From: Octopus sinensis
Lineage: Eukaryota
Assembly (NCBI RefSeq): GCF_006345805.1
Contig: NC_043001.1
Coordinates: forward strand, 23,932,001-23,996,000
Reading direction: 5' to 3'
DNA: 64,000 nt
Below, in pieces: positions 1 through 12,208 of this stretch. How positions within the stretch are numbered: the first letter of the stretch is position 1; the number at the start of each line of letters is the position of its first letter. Under the pieces are notes generated by a model that made no database searches, had not been told where the DNA came from, and saw nothing but the letters and a program-made list of their open reading frames with translations. The position numbers and the translations under genes were made by a program.

Positions 1-64
<64 letters not shown>

Positions 65-1080
65 CAGAGAGAGAGAGAGAGAGGGGAATCATAGTAATCT
101 TTGTGTGTAAGAATAAAATTGTATTTGAATTTATAACTAATAGTGCATTTATTAAATGAATGAATTACGCGAAGTACTTTATCTGAAGTGATCTGGCATT
201 TAAATTTTATATAGCTGGCTTGCTAACACGAAAGCCTGAGATTAAATACATATAATTAAAAATTAAATCTTATGGCTTAGAACACCAATCAAAATATTCC
301 TTTTAATTCTATTTTACATAAGAAGGGCAACAAATTTCAAAGAAATGACTTTTCAATGATAGGTTTGAGGTCATTGAGTTCAATTTTTTTACATTTAGGC
401 CCTTGATTTTCCTTTACCGTTTTCTTTTACGTAAGCAAGTCTCTTTTAAGACAGATGTCATTTATATACGTAGGAAACGTACTTGATCGTTTAGCACTAA
501 ACTTTGGTTTCTTCAAACGTCTTCTTTCACGCACAAAAGATTATATAGTTTTAATATAAAGTATATCCCTGGAATAATTCTAAAACACATTTATTCAGGA
601 CTGGAGTGAAAGCAAAATTCGTGTTATGTCAGAGGCTGTGAGGAGCAAATATCTTCTTGGGGAATGAGAAAATACGATAGACTATAAGATAGGATATGGC
701 AACAAGAGTAAGACCAGAAGAAAGTGTAAAAAAGGAGGTGGAAAGGAAAGATGAATGGAAGGTAGACGACAAAAAGCCATGGAGAACCAAAAGGAAAGGA
801 AAGGAAAAAAATCACCCACTCACTCCACCAAGCGTAACAAAATAAAAAAGGATAAACGAAACAGATTTGGTCCTAGCTTTAACAGCAAATGTAAAAAGGA
901 ATTTATTAGCATAATCTTCAAGTGTGTGAAATGAATTTGCATATCATTTCTGTAAATTGATTTGGTGCTGGTGGATAAATTGCTAATTGTCATGAAATGT
1001 TCTATATTCTGGAGGTGGCTTTCCTTTCTTCGAAATGAGATGTGCTTCACGAATATCTTACATTATCACAACACAATATA

Positions 1081-1500
1081 AGGCAGTGAGCTGGCAGAGT
1101 CGTTAGCACGCCGGGCGAAATGCTTAGCAGTTTTTCGTCTGCCGCTACGTTCTAAGTTCAAATTCCGCCGAGGTCGACTTTGCCTTTCATCCTTTCGGAG
1201 TTGATAAATTAAGTACCAGTTACGCACTGGGGTCGGTATAATCGACTTCATCCGTTTGTCCGTCTTTGTTTGTCCCCACTACGTTTAGCCCCTTGTGGGC
1301 AGTAAAGAAATAAGAATCGTTAACATGCCGGACATAATACTTAGCGGCATTTTGTCCGTCTTTACATTCTGAGTCCAAACTCCGTCGACTTTGCTTTTCA
1401 TCCTTTCGGGGTCGCACTGAGGTCGATGAAGTCAACTAGCCCTATCCCCCAAATAAGAAAAACAAAATTGGGCCTTGTAGCTATAATAGAAAGGATTATT
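1081..1500 (+). mobile_element. SINE family A (tRNA-derived): full copy plus a second 5'-truncated copy in tandem
   Basis: Head GGCAGTGAGCTGGCAGA, B-box-like GTTCAAATTCC, central GCCTTTCATCCTTTCGGAGTTGATAAATTAAGTACCAG (resembles the Meta/Sauria-SINE central domain), tail TAAAGAAATAAGAA; many copies in window. Confidence 0.85.
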
Positions 1501-2279
1501 ACAACCGAGTATTAATTTTATTTGAAACTAAAGTAACACTGCCATAAAACAACAAACAATAGCAACGTCAATTCAAATTATGAAGCTTCAGTTTCGATTT
1601 CTGATTCCTTAGATATATTTTGTGATCGATTTCCGATATTTTCCTGACTTTCATTAGAAAAGACTCAGCAATCTGTTAAATCTGTGATTACTTCAATCGC
1701 TATCGGAATATTTTCAACTTAAGAAGAAAAGTTTAATGAGATAACCTAAAAAAATTTCTTTTTACCATTTTGCTATCAAACTTATCAAATAATCCTTTAA
1801 CTGCATGACATCACGCTCGCTTCTTAAGAGAAGCTTACCTACAACGAAGATCCAAATCATAGCGACCAGGTGTAAATATTAATATAATTTTACCCTACAA
1901 TAAACTCTGTACATTAACGATCGAAAATTTGAAACTCTATTTCAGTTACTGGTTAAAGATTTTTATCTTCAGTTTTGTTCTATTTTTTTTTTTTTTGAGA
2001 AAGATATAATATTATAAAATTAAAGCAGCAAAAATAAGTATTGGTTCATTTAAGCCCGTGAATGGTGCGTGATGATGAATCCAACTTGATTTTACTTTTC
2101 CTTTCTAGTCGCACCTGTATCTTCTCTATCGCTCCAAAGGTGGCCTCTTCTCCACGGAGCCCAATGGTTTCACTTATCTCTCCTGCTTACTTCGCTCTTA
2201 GTGTGTCCACACAAAAACACCACACTTCCTACTACGGCCAATTTGTCTTCTATAGAATGTCGTCACTAAGGAATTAACT

Positions 2280-2427
2280 CCCTTAATCTTTCATTTTTTA
2301 TCTTTTACTTGTTTCAGTCAATTGACTGTGACCATTCTGGGGCACCGCCTTGAAGAATGTTGTCATGGTGGTGGAGGACAAACACACACACATACCACAC
2401 ACAGAGTTATGTATGTATGCTTGTATG

Positions 2428-2473
<46 letters not shown>

Positions 2474-2668
2474 TATATATATGTATATATATATATATTA
2501 TATAGTATATATATGTCTATATAGATTATAATATATATATATATAGTATATATATGTATATATATATATATAATATATATATAATAGTATATATATGTAT
2601 ATATATATATATAATATATATATATATAGTATATATATGTATATATATATATATATATATAGAGTATA

Positions 2669-2700
<32 letters not shown>

Positions 2701-2814
2701 GTATATATATGTATATATATATATATATAATAGTATATATATGTTAATATATATTATATATATAGTATATATATGTATATATAGTATATAAGTTATATAT
2801 ATATATATAGTATA

Positions 2815-2851
<37 letters not shown>

Positions 2852-3290
2852 CACACTTTTTTTTATCCGAGGGAAGGCAATGCGATCAACAACACAGGAA
2901 CATCACAAAATCCACAGAAAGACCAAACACTACAATCTTCATATGCTCATTTATATCTATAAAGCCCGACATTTAAAAATTAAAAAATTTAGTAATATAT
3001 AAATATATCATATAAAAATAAATTATGCATATAACACCTTGAATTTACGCTTAAATTCCAGTCCCTTGTATATCTTGAGCGTTGTTGTCACTCAAGATAT
3101 AACTTTATATTTTGTAATATATATATATATAGGACATGTTTCTTACAGTTTCTGTCTTCCAAATTCACTCAGAAAGCTTTGGTTGGCTCGAAGCTATAGC
3201 AGAAGTCACTTCCCCAAGGTGCCACGTAGTGGGGCTAAACCCAGAGTCATGTGATTGGGGAGCCAGCTTCTTACCACACAGCAACACCTT
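2280..3290 (-). mobile_element. SINE family B split by a TA-rich microsatellite and unrelated sequence
   Basis: 3' half at 2280-2400 and 5' half at 3130-3290 match the reverse complement of full copies at 12685 and 25835. Confidence 0.7.
2405..2852. repeat. (TA)n microsatellite with periodic TAG/TG interruptions
   Basis: Directly visible. Confidence 0.95.
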
Positions 3291-4668
3291 CACCTCTGTA
3301 CATGTTTTTCTCACAGCTATCAAATTGCAATTTTTCCAGAGAAATTTTAGTCGTGTTGATCTTGCACATTCTTAGGGTCTGTGAAGGCCATATGAATGTA
3401 GTCGATTCCTGACCAGGGAAAAGGTTATAGTTTAAATTTGAGCTTAAAGTTGTTTGGTCATGTCGTTAAACACCCGTGTTTTACTTCCATTTTGTACTGA
3501 GACCAGTGTAGTGTTTCTTAAATTTATCCTTAAGAGCCAAAAGATAAATCTCATTTAGGTGGATTTGAACAGTATAACTGTAAAATTCGAGCATCTTAAA
3601 TATCCGTCCCTGAACGCTCATGGTTTTTTTTTTTTTTTGGACGCCCACATTATGAAGGCCAACAGTTGTATCTATGAATGCCACATTTGGTTGAATCATG
3701 ATGTCAACTGCCAGTGGAAGGGTCGATATTTTAAAATGTGTAAGAATATATATTTGGCCTTGCTCTAGAAATAGTTTCCAGTAAGAATATTGTGGACCCG
3801 TTTACCGAAGTTTCACAATTTCGAATTTTGTCGCAAAAATTTCAATTTTGTTAAAGCCATATGATCTCTGTGAGACATTTGTATCTGAGGAAACTAGGGA
3901 TGGTCTGCATCGGTAAATAGTAAATACAAAAAGGTAGAACGAATTGAATCACTTAACAACTGGTGCTTCTTTGATGAAGGATTCTAACCGAAACATTAAA
4001 TATCTCTTATTCACAACATAAAATTTATTCGATTTTTAAAATCAATTCTCTTACTATTTGCCAATGTAGATTATCGATAATTCTACTGTCTTTCTAGAAT
4101 AAGTTAGTTTTCTGTAAGAAAGAAGCTTTAGAAGGAGTCTAGAATACATAGACGTATAGACACTTACGCTGTCAGAATTACACATTCACTTTAGAATTTT
4201 TCAAGATTTATTTTGAAAGCTGAAAAATGTCTTCGAAGCAAATGTTAAGATGTATTCTTACATGAAATTAAAATATTTTTTTCATCGTTAATTCATAATC
4301 GACAATTTGTGGTTTTTAATATAGTTTATGAACTAAATTCCGTTCTGTGTTAGCAGTTGCGTAATGGCTCCTCGATAGACATATTTATCTTTCAATGCTT
4401 TAGTCTAGCAGATCTCAAAGTAACAAATACTATAATCCCACTCAAAAAATATTAGCGAGATATTTTGTTCCTCTCTCTATCAAATTGGAAGACAGAATAG
4501 AGGCTGCATTGACATAATTCTTTCTTCACCAACGTGGTAGAGAAATTTAAAAAGCTTTAACACGTTTTAATTTTCTTAAACATGGCAATTAGACCAACTT
4601 CTTTAAATCATCACCGCTCCCTCCTTCGAAAAATATTGGCACATTCTATCTAAATATAAATATGATAT

Positions 4669-5020
4669 ATTTCTTTATTTACCTATAAAAAGGTTTACAT
4701 AGAGGGGAAGTTACAAGGACAGACAAGGGACATGTAGGTTACAGACATGCTTCTTATATACATGATGAAAAGACAGATGGATTTACATATATTTACGGAT
4801 GGGAGTTAAAAATATACGTGATGATTGGATGGAAATTGGGTTTCGGGTTAGTGAATTAATCCGCCGGTTGGTTATCCCTTTTGGTAATCTTTTTCCTTCC
4901 TTTTATGCTCCGACCGACCGTGCAAGCACGGCCTCGTGCATTCTCATCTTTCTTACCCCTGTCATCCATCTTTTTCCAAAAATAAATATAATAGGTACTC
5001 TAGTGCGATACAGCTTGCAC
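4669..5020 (-). mobile_element. Probable LINE 3' UTR sharing its 3' tail with SINE family A
   Basis: 4669-4732 aligns to the SINE-A tail; adjacent sequence lacks the SINE body. Confidence 0.5.
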
Positions 5021-5462
5021 TTATAGAGAGCAAAAGAGTTGTGTAACTGAAAAATGTTTCATAAACTTGCAGTGTTGTGTTCAAATTCACTCACTGACAG
5101 TTTACGATAAAATGGCATTCTGAGTAAGATGGTAATGGAAATATTTACTCAAGCCTGTAATGCGGAGAGCCGTCACTAAAACGTAGCATCAATCAGAGCT
5201 AGATAAACTATAGCACTTCGTTTCCGTTATGAGATCTCTCAGATATCAACCGATGTGCATAAGAATTTGTGGAGAAATATTCAGCTTAAATTATCTTCAA
5301 TCAGCAATTTCTACATAAACAATACAGATATTTCTCGCATTAATACATCAGATATTCTATACACTAGTTATTAAATGATTGACTTGTGATAATTATAGAT
5401 AAGAGTATATAGTGAAAGAACCGAGCGCATTATTCACTCAAAAGAAATATATTGCTGAATAA

Positions 5463-6075
5463 TATTTTCTACATTAGGCACAGGGCCTGAAATTTTCGGG
5501 GAGTGGGGTTAGTCGATTACATCGATCCCAGTGCGTAACTGTTACGTATTTTCATCGACCCCGAAAGGATGAAAGGCAAAATCGACCTCGGCGGAATTTG
5601 AATTCAGAACATAAAAATGGACGAAATGCCGCTAAGCATTTTTCCCGGCGTGCTAACGATTCTGCCAGCTCGCCGCCTCATATTGATGGATAATATTAAT
5701 AATCCTTTCTACTCAAGGCACAAGGCCTGAAATTTTGGGGAGAGAGATGATCGATTATATCGACCCCACTACTCAGCTGGTACCTATTTTATAGATCCCG
5801 AAAGGATGAAAGGCAAAGTCGACCCTGACGGTATTTGAACTCAGAACACGAAGATAGTCGAAATACCTATTTCTTTACTACCCACAAAGGGCTAAACACA
5901 GAGAGGACAAACAAGGACAGACAAACGGATTAAGTCGCTTATATCGACTCCAGTGCGCAATTGGTACTTATTTAATCGACCCCGAAAGGATGGAAGGCAA
6001 AGTCGACCCTGACGGCATTTGAACTCAGAACATGAAGATAGTCGAGATACCACTAAGCATTTCGTCAGGCATCGA
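5463..6075 (-). mobile_element. Cluster of three SINE-A copies, partly truncated
   Basis: Repeated GACCCCGAAAGGATGAAAGGCAAAGTCGACC motif (5568, 5797, 5979). Confidence 0.85.
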
Positions 6076-6289
6076 TGAATAATAATAACAATAATATGAA
6101 AAACCGATAGGGAGATTGTGATAATAAAACAACTGAAATAAACTCATACGTGACTTAATATAGTGTATTGTGACACAATATATTATATAGTAATTACGCT
6201 TGACTATACTCAAATGCCTTCTATCTTGAATAAAGGAGAAATTGCAATATCTATGTGTTTGAAATGAATGGAAATGAACTCCAGGACTT

Positions 6290-6530
6290 ATTTTTTAAGC
6301 CCAGTCTTTATTGTATCGGTCTCTATTGTCGAACCGCTAAGTCACGGGGGCGAAAAGACATTAATACTGGTCGTCATGGAGTGATGGGGGTGGGGGAAAT
6401 CACTGACACAAAGATACACATACACACACACGGCGGGCTTTCAGTTTCCGTCTACCAAATCTACTCACAAGGCTGAGGTTATAGCTGAAGGTATCTGCCC
6501 AGGTGCCATGCAGTGGGACTGATCCTGGAA
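6290..6530 (-). mobile_element. SINE-B, internally deleted
   Basis: GGGCTTTCAGTTTCCGTCTACCAAATCTACTCACAAGGC matches family B. Confidence 0.7.
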
Positions 6531-6560
6531 CCATATATATATATATATATATATATATAT

Positions 6561-6788
6561 TTCTTTACTACCCACAAGGGGCTAAATACAGAGGGGACAA
6601 ACAATGACAGGCAAAGAGATTAAGTCGACTACATCGACCCCAGTGCGTAACTGGTACTTAATTTATCGACCCCGAAAGGATGAAAGGCAAAGTCGACCTC
6701 GGCGGAATTTGAACTCGGAACGTAACGACAGACGAAATACGGCTACGAATTTCGCCCGGCGTGCTAACGTTTCTACCAGCTCGCCGCC
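6561..6788 (-). mobile_element. SINE-A, full length
   Basis: Complete head-to-tail match to other copies. Confidence 0.9.
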
Positions 6789-7388
6789 TTATATATGCGT
6801 ACGTATGTGTATATGTGGGTGTACGTATGTGTGTTTGTGCATGTATGTATATATATATATATTGATGTGAATATGTATGTGCATAATGTATACGTATATA
6901 TGCATGTATGTGTGCGGGTATAGACATGTCGGTGTACATGTATATGTGTGTATGTGTGTGTGTTTTAGGTGTGTAAATAAGCTTGCATTTGTATATGCAT
7001 TCTTGTGAACATGTATCTGTACAAATGTATATGTGTGCATAGATCCGTAAATATGTATTTATGTGAGCGAGTGCATACAGTCTCATTCACATATGCACAT
7101 ACGCGCATGAGCAAGTAAATGGGTTTGTATCAAATCTTATGCATACGTAAATGAAGGTAAAAAAAAAGATACTTTGTGACGTCTCTTACTTATTTTTACT
7201 AACAGTTAGCGAATGTCTTAGATTTCACCTCTGTTTCTTCGCCACCTTAATACGTGTTTACCATCTTGAAGGCGGTGAGCTGGTACGATCGTTAGCAGGT
7301 TGTGCAAAAGGCTTAGCGGCATTTGCTTATGACTAGTCTACCATTTATTTAGAACAAACTAGAAAAGACAAAAGAATATTGACTTTGT

Positions 7389-7823
7389 GGATCTTTTCGG
7401 TTTGAACGGCAGTTTTTCTAGCGGTGTCATATGAAATTGTCACCAATAGTTATGACCCTAGTATCGATCTATTGCATTTCAATGTTTTAGGGTTAGGGTT
7501 AGCTAGGGTTAGGGTAGAGTTAGGGGTGGCGGGGAAGGATATCTTTTTTTCTTCAGAAATGTAAATAAACCCAATCTGTTTCTTAAACGAGAGACATTCA
7601 TATGGCACAGAATGTTTTGACCTCAATAGACGTCATTGATTGGTTGAAATTGCAGAAATTGAAGAAAAAAAAACAACAAATATCTTACAACCTATAGAAT
7701 TTTCTCAATAAAGCCAAGAGAAAAAGATGTTTTATAAACACATTCTACCAGTATACGAAGTTTAAAAGTGTTTAATTACGTGGAAATTATTTTAAAAAAC
7801 TGCCGTTCCAACCGAAAAGATCC
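7389..7823 (+). mobile_element. Non-autonomous TIR element (MITE-like) with internal TTAGGG repeats
   Basis: TIRs GGATCTTTTCGGTTTGAACGGCAG / CTGCCGTTCCAACCGAAAAGATCC; copies at 31164 and 54715. Confidence 0.9.
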
Positions 7824-8171
7824 CGTTTGTTGTATTTCGGGCAAGAACTTCGTAATAAATAAATAAAAAAATTTAAATCCGTGAACTTTATCATCTTCCT
7901 AGTATTTTAAATTTCTAATCCTGCTTAGTGTTGTGAGGAGATAGTTACTGACTGCCCTTATGTTAACGGCCAGAGAGCACCACATGTACTCTATTTTAAA
8001 TTATCTTTTTTTCTCCAAATCGTGGAAAAGGTACCAGATTATCTGGGGAAAGTTACCAGCTGCAGACCGTCACAATACACAGAGCTATCATCTGCTTCAA
8101 ATATTCCGGAGCTAAGCAACCCCTCTTAACATATATACATACATACATACATACATTCATACATACATAAA

Positions 8172-8557
8172 TTGTGTGGTAAGTAGCATGCTTACCAATC
8201 ACTTCGTTCCGGGTTCAGTCCCATCGCGTGGCATCTTGGGCAAGTGTCTTCTACTATAGCCTCGGGCCGACCAAAGCCTTGTTAGTGGATTTGGTAGACG
8301 GAAACTGAAAGAAGCCCGTCGTATATTTGTATGTATGTGTGTATATGTTTGTGTGTCTGTGTTTGTCCGCCCAACATCGCTTGACAACCGATGGTGGTGT
8401 GTTTACGTCCCCGTAACTTAGCGGTTCGGCAAAAGAGCCCGATAGAATAAGTACTAGACTTACAAAGAATAAGTCATGGGGTCGATTTGCTCGACTAAAG
8501 GCGGTGCTCCAGCATGGTCGCAGTCAAATGACTGAAACAAGTAAAAGAGAAAAAGAG
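8172..8557 (+). mobile_element. SINE-B (tRNA head, CORE-like CTTGGGCAAGTGTCTT), near full length
   Basis: Matches copies at 12685, 25835, 40430, 55926. Confidence 0.9.
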
Positions 8558-8869
8558 CTACGTACGCATGCTTTTTTGCATAAATTTGTATGTATACAGA
8601 GTACATTTATGCTTATGTGTTTGTATGCGTGCACATGTATATGCTCCCATACGTTGATGCTTGGGTGTTCTATAGTCTATCCATACACACATGCATGCGT
8701 ACATACATACATACATACATACATACATACATACACACACACATACATACATACATACATACATACATACATACATACATACATACGTGCAGACACACAC
8801 CACGTATATATATATATATATATATATAAAATATTATTTGAGACAAAACCACTATTTTGCAAAACAAAA

Positions 8870-9660
8870 GAAAGACTTAATCAATCATAAAATTTAATAA
8901 ATAGTCAAAAAAACCGCCACTACAATCGTTTCTTGTCTTGATCGACAATCTTCAGGTGGACTTCCATCTAAAAATCAAAATTTTAAAATATAAACCAATA
9001 CTTTTAAATAATTAAGTATAATGAGAGTAATCCCATTCACACCAATATATGTATACAATTATACCACTTGAATATACATACTAGCCCTATATACAGAACA
9101 TACTAATAATCACCAACTAACCACCATCACAAATGAAACCCACACCCATACATGACAAAACTCCTCCATACCCTATTTAACCTACATAGTAATCCCAATA
9201 TATTCTTCCATACATGGACGCAATTGCGTGAATCACATGAACAAATTAGTACGTACAACCCCTAATACACTAATATATACGTATCAGCTCGACCTCCACA
9301 GTGATAAGTTTAACACACATCACACCCAGATGGTGAATTGCACAACACTGAATGCTCACACATTACATTGTTGCATATATCGAGCCAAAATAGTATGCAT
9401 AAGTACATGTGAGGGTACAGTAAATGAATGAGCGTGTACCCCTGTATTTATACACCACGGGTATTCGATTTACTCTTATTCGGCGTCCTATTCTTATTAA
9501 TTCCTGATTGTTGAGACAACATCTTGCAGTGGACAAGTTTGTTTTGCAAATAGTGGTTTTGTCCAATAATATTTATAAATTTTACTATAAAATTGGATTT
9601 AATCCTAATCTGATTTTTTCCCTGTAAATTTGGATATATTCCCTAATATTTATTATTATA
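8870..9660 (-). mobile_element. Decayed Penelope-like element 3' portion
   Basis: Frameshifted KQTCPLQ...CLNNQELI remnant near 9500-9550 resembles the PLE linker before GIY-YIG; HHR motif at its 3' end. Confidence 0.55.
8917..8959 (-). ncRNA. Minimal type-I hammerhead ribozyme, canonical core
   Basis: Minus strand: CCAC CUGAAGA UUGUC-GAUCAA-GACAA GAAA CGAUUG UA GUGG; stems I and II pair perfectly. Confidence 0.8.
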
Positions 9661-10035
9661 TATATATATATATATACCTATAGACATATTTATCCATATA
9701 CATACATAACTACATTTATATATTTCGTAATTGGATTTGGTTTGCAAGATTCTTTATATGGGTTCGTATGTTGAAGCAAATTCTGTTGTGTTTGTGGGGA
9801 GTCATTTTCTTTTTGTGGCTTATAATTTAACACACTCACCGGTAAAATTTCCACTTATTTGTTATTTTTATTTTCCTAAAATTTTCGTTGCGTCTTGCAA
9901 TCTTTTCAATAGTCCTGACTCTGTCCGTTATTTATATATTCATATATATTTATAACAATTGCAGCGTTGAAGGTGTTTATAAGCCATTTAAGAAACACAC
10001 AAAACCGTTAGATTCACTTCAACATTTAAATTTAA

Positions 10036-10086
10036 TTTGTCCAAATATTTTCGTCGCTTTCAGACCGCGACCTGTTCACTGACAAA
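10036..10086 (-). ncRNA. HHR-like motif with G3-C8 core variant
   Basis: Minus strand: UUUGUCA GUGAACA G GUCGC-GGUCUGAAA-GCGAC GAAA AUAU UU GGACAAA. Confidence 0.6.
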
Positions 10087-10097
10087 ACTTCGTGCAG

Positions 10098-10146
10098 GAC
10101 CAGTGAACATGTCGCGGTCTCAAAGCGACGAAAATATTTTGACAAA
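10098..10146 (+). ncRNA. Second copy of the G3-C8 HHR-like motif; stem I disrupted by the inversion junction
   Basis: GUGAACA U GUCGC-GGUCUCAAA-GCGAC GAAA AUAU UU UGACAAA. Confidence 0.5.
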
Positions 10147-11211
10147 TTAAATTTAAATGTTGAAGTGAATCTAACGGTTTTGTGTGTTTCTTAAATGGCT
10201 TATAAACACCTTCAACGCTGCAATCGTTTTCGTTCCAGCACACGATCTCAGATCAGGTCACTCGCTATGCAAGTACATCTCCGTAATATATATTTATATA
10301 TACTTAACAAAATGTTCCGTTCTAAACTATTTTTATAACTTCATCATAGACTTATAGCACTTTTGTAATCTTTATTTAAGTGAAATATGCAAACTTTTAT
10401 AATTTTACGGCAGCTTTGATTTCCTCGTATATTTTGTTTGTAACCTAGTTTTTCATTCCAGTGAAATATTTTTTGTATTGACTTTATATGCCTAAAGCGC
10501 AGACATTTACACATGAGTTGGCTATCAATTTCCAAAATAAAAAAAAAGTCTGAACTCTAGTAGACTGTTTATAAGGGATTATTCCATGTAATGCAGCTGT
10601 CTAAAACAAATGTTATTTACACAGAACTGTACGTGGAAATCTGAGTCATTTACTTATTATTTTCTGGTGTTATCTCTAATAAAAGGTTACATTACACACA
10701 TCAGTAACTTACCATTATGCAGCTGAGTGTTTGAAAAGGTTACACGATTGTTTGTCGCATAAAAAGTAATAATTTACAAAAATACCACTAAGCGTTAGAA
10801 TTATAATCTCTCCTTACAGATGACTACTTAAAACTGACTACCTTAAGCGAAGTGATTTAGGTAATGCCGAATCGATTTTTAAATTCCGTACATCTGTAGT
10901 CGTTTCAATATGTCTGTATTTAAAATGTTTATAGCAATTCAAAACAGATATTTCGTTAATACACTCCTCCAATGGAATGCTTGCACGTTACATTAATTAA
11001 TTTATTTACTTCTTTTATTTTTTTTTATCCAAATATTTTTTATGAACTTTCACTTTATTATTTGCTCTATAAATTTTACTTGAAAATTAATCTGTAACTT
11101 ATATTTAGATATTTTGTGTTGAAGATATTTTACTGTACTTGAACAAATCAAGGGCTTTTCTAACGCTCGTTTAGGTGTTAGAAATAGGATTATGTATAAT
11201 TCTGTCAAAAT

Positions 11212-11520
11212 CACTGTGATCACCGTGACCGACCAGACTATCAGATGTTGCTACACATCGCTGGTCACAATACGCTTCGCATTGTTCTAGCCATCAAATG
11301 ACGCCACCCCGCTGGCTAAGCGAGAAGGCCAACAGAAGAAAGAGTGAGAGAAAGTTGTGGCGAAAGAGTACAGTAGGGGTCGCCCCCCCCCCTTGCCGGA
11401 GCCTTGTAGAGCTTTAGGTGTTTCCGCTCAATAAACACACACAGCGCCCGGTCTGGGAATCGAAACCGCGATCCTACAACCGCGAGTCCGCTGCCCTAAC
11501 CACTGGGCCATTGCGCCTCC
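11212..11520 (-). mobile_element. SINE family C (tRNA-derived) with tail type 1; 14-bp TSD
   Basis: A/B boxes TGGCCCAGTGG / GGTTTCGATTCC; TSD AATTCTGTCAAAAT at 11198-11211 and 11521-11534. Confidence 0.9.
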
Positions 11521-11569
11521 AATTCTGTCAAAATAAGCCTTAACTCAGCTTCACATTTGTCTTAACATT

Positions 11570-12070
11570 TTTAGGCATGGCTGTGTGATTAAAAAGTTCG
11601 CCTTGCAACCACAAGGTTTTAGGTTCAGTTCCACAGTATGGCATCTTGGGCAAGTGTTTTCTACTCTTGACCCGGACCGACTCGTAAATCTATAACTGCA
11701 TGCAAGCCGGTATCGTGTTTGTATGTTTGTGTCTTTATACCTGTGTTTGTCACGCTAATTCTTGAGAACGATGTTGGTTTATTTACGTCCCTGTAAATTA
11801 GTGGAATATGTACCGGACTTAAAAAGTAAAAAAACAAACAAACAAAAAAGACATACTAGGGGTGTATAAAAATTCTTGAACCTCAAAAAACAAAACATGG
11901 TACAAGACTTCTGATGAAGGTACAAAACTTCAAGGCTCAAAGGCCTTGAAGGCTCAAAACTTTTCATACACCCCCTCGTAAGAACTAGGGCCGATTTCTG
12001 ACTAGAATTCAAGTGGTGCCCCATCATCATGCTTGAAGCCTAATAACTGAAACAACTAAAAGATAAAAGA
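11570..12070 (+). mobile_element. Degenerate SINE-B with an internal insertion
   Basis: GGCATCTTGGGCAAG and terminal CTGAAACAACTAAAAGA. Confidence 0.6.
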
Positions 12071-12208
12071 GCATACTTAATTTTCATTGAGTACTGCTTA
12101 TCTCCTTCGTTACATTTTGAATAGCTGAGCAAACTTTTAATTGTTAAAAAATTTTGAGCTTGCTTTTCACATTTAGCTCTTTTTCATTAAAAAGCAGTTT
12201 ATTAAATA

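Larger units (their letters stand above)
9700..10290. mobile_element. PLE terminal (pLTR-like) region with a 124-bp inverted duplication
   Basis: Arms 9958-10081 and 10101-10224 with 3 mismatches; HHR-like motif in each arm; 9816-9918 recurs at 18143-18281. Confidence 0.65.

Noticed and set aside
620-1060. Possible decayed retroelement coding remnant
   Set aside because: Weak motif resemblance on both strands, mutually inconsistent; not assignable.
3965-4000. TTGATGAAGG..CCGAAAC
   Set aside because: C3 lost without compensation and no stem I pairing.
7490-7530. TTAGGG tract as telomere or fusion scar
   Set aside because: Internal part of a three-copy TIR element.
10820-10860. Plus-strand 41-nt exon-like segment (TCCTTACAG...TAG|GTAATG)
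   Set aside because: Stops in all three frames; no supporting neighbours.
11908-11955. CTGATGA followed by a 9-bp hairpin CTTCAAGGC/GCCTTGAAG
   Set aside because: No GAAA in register; cannot build the hammerhead fold.
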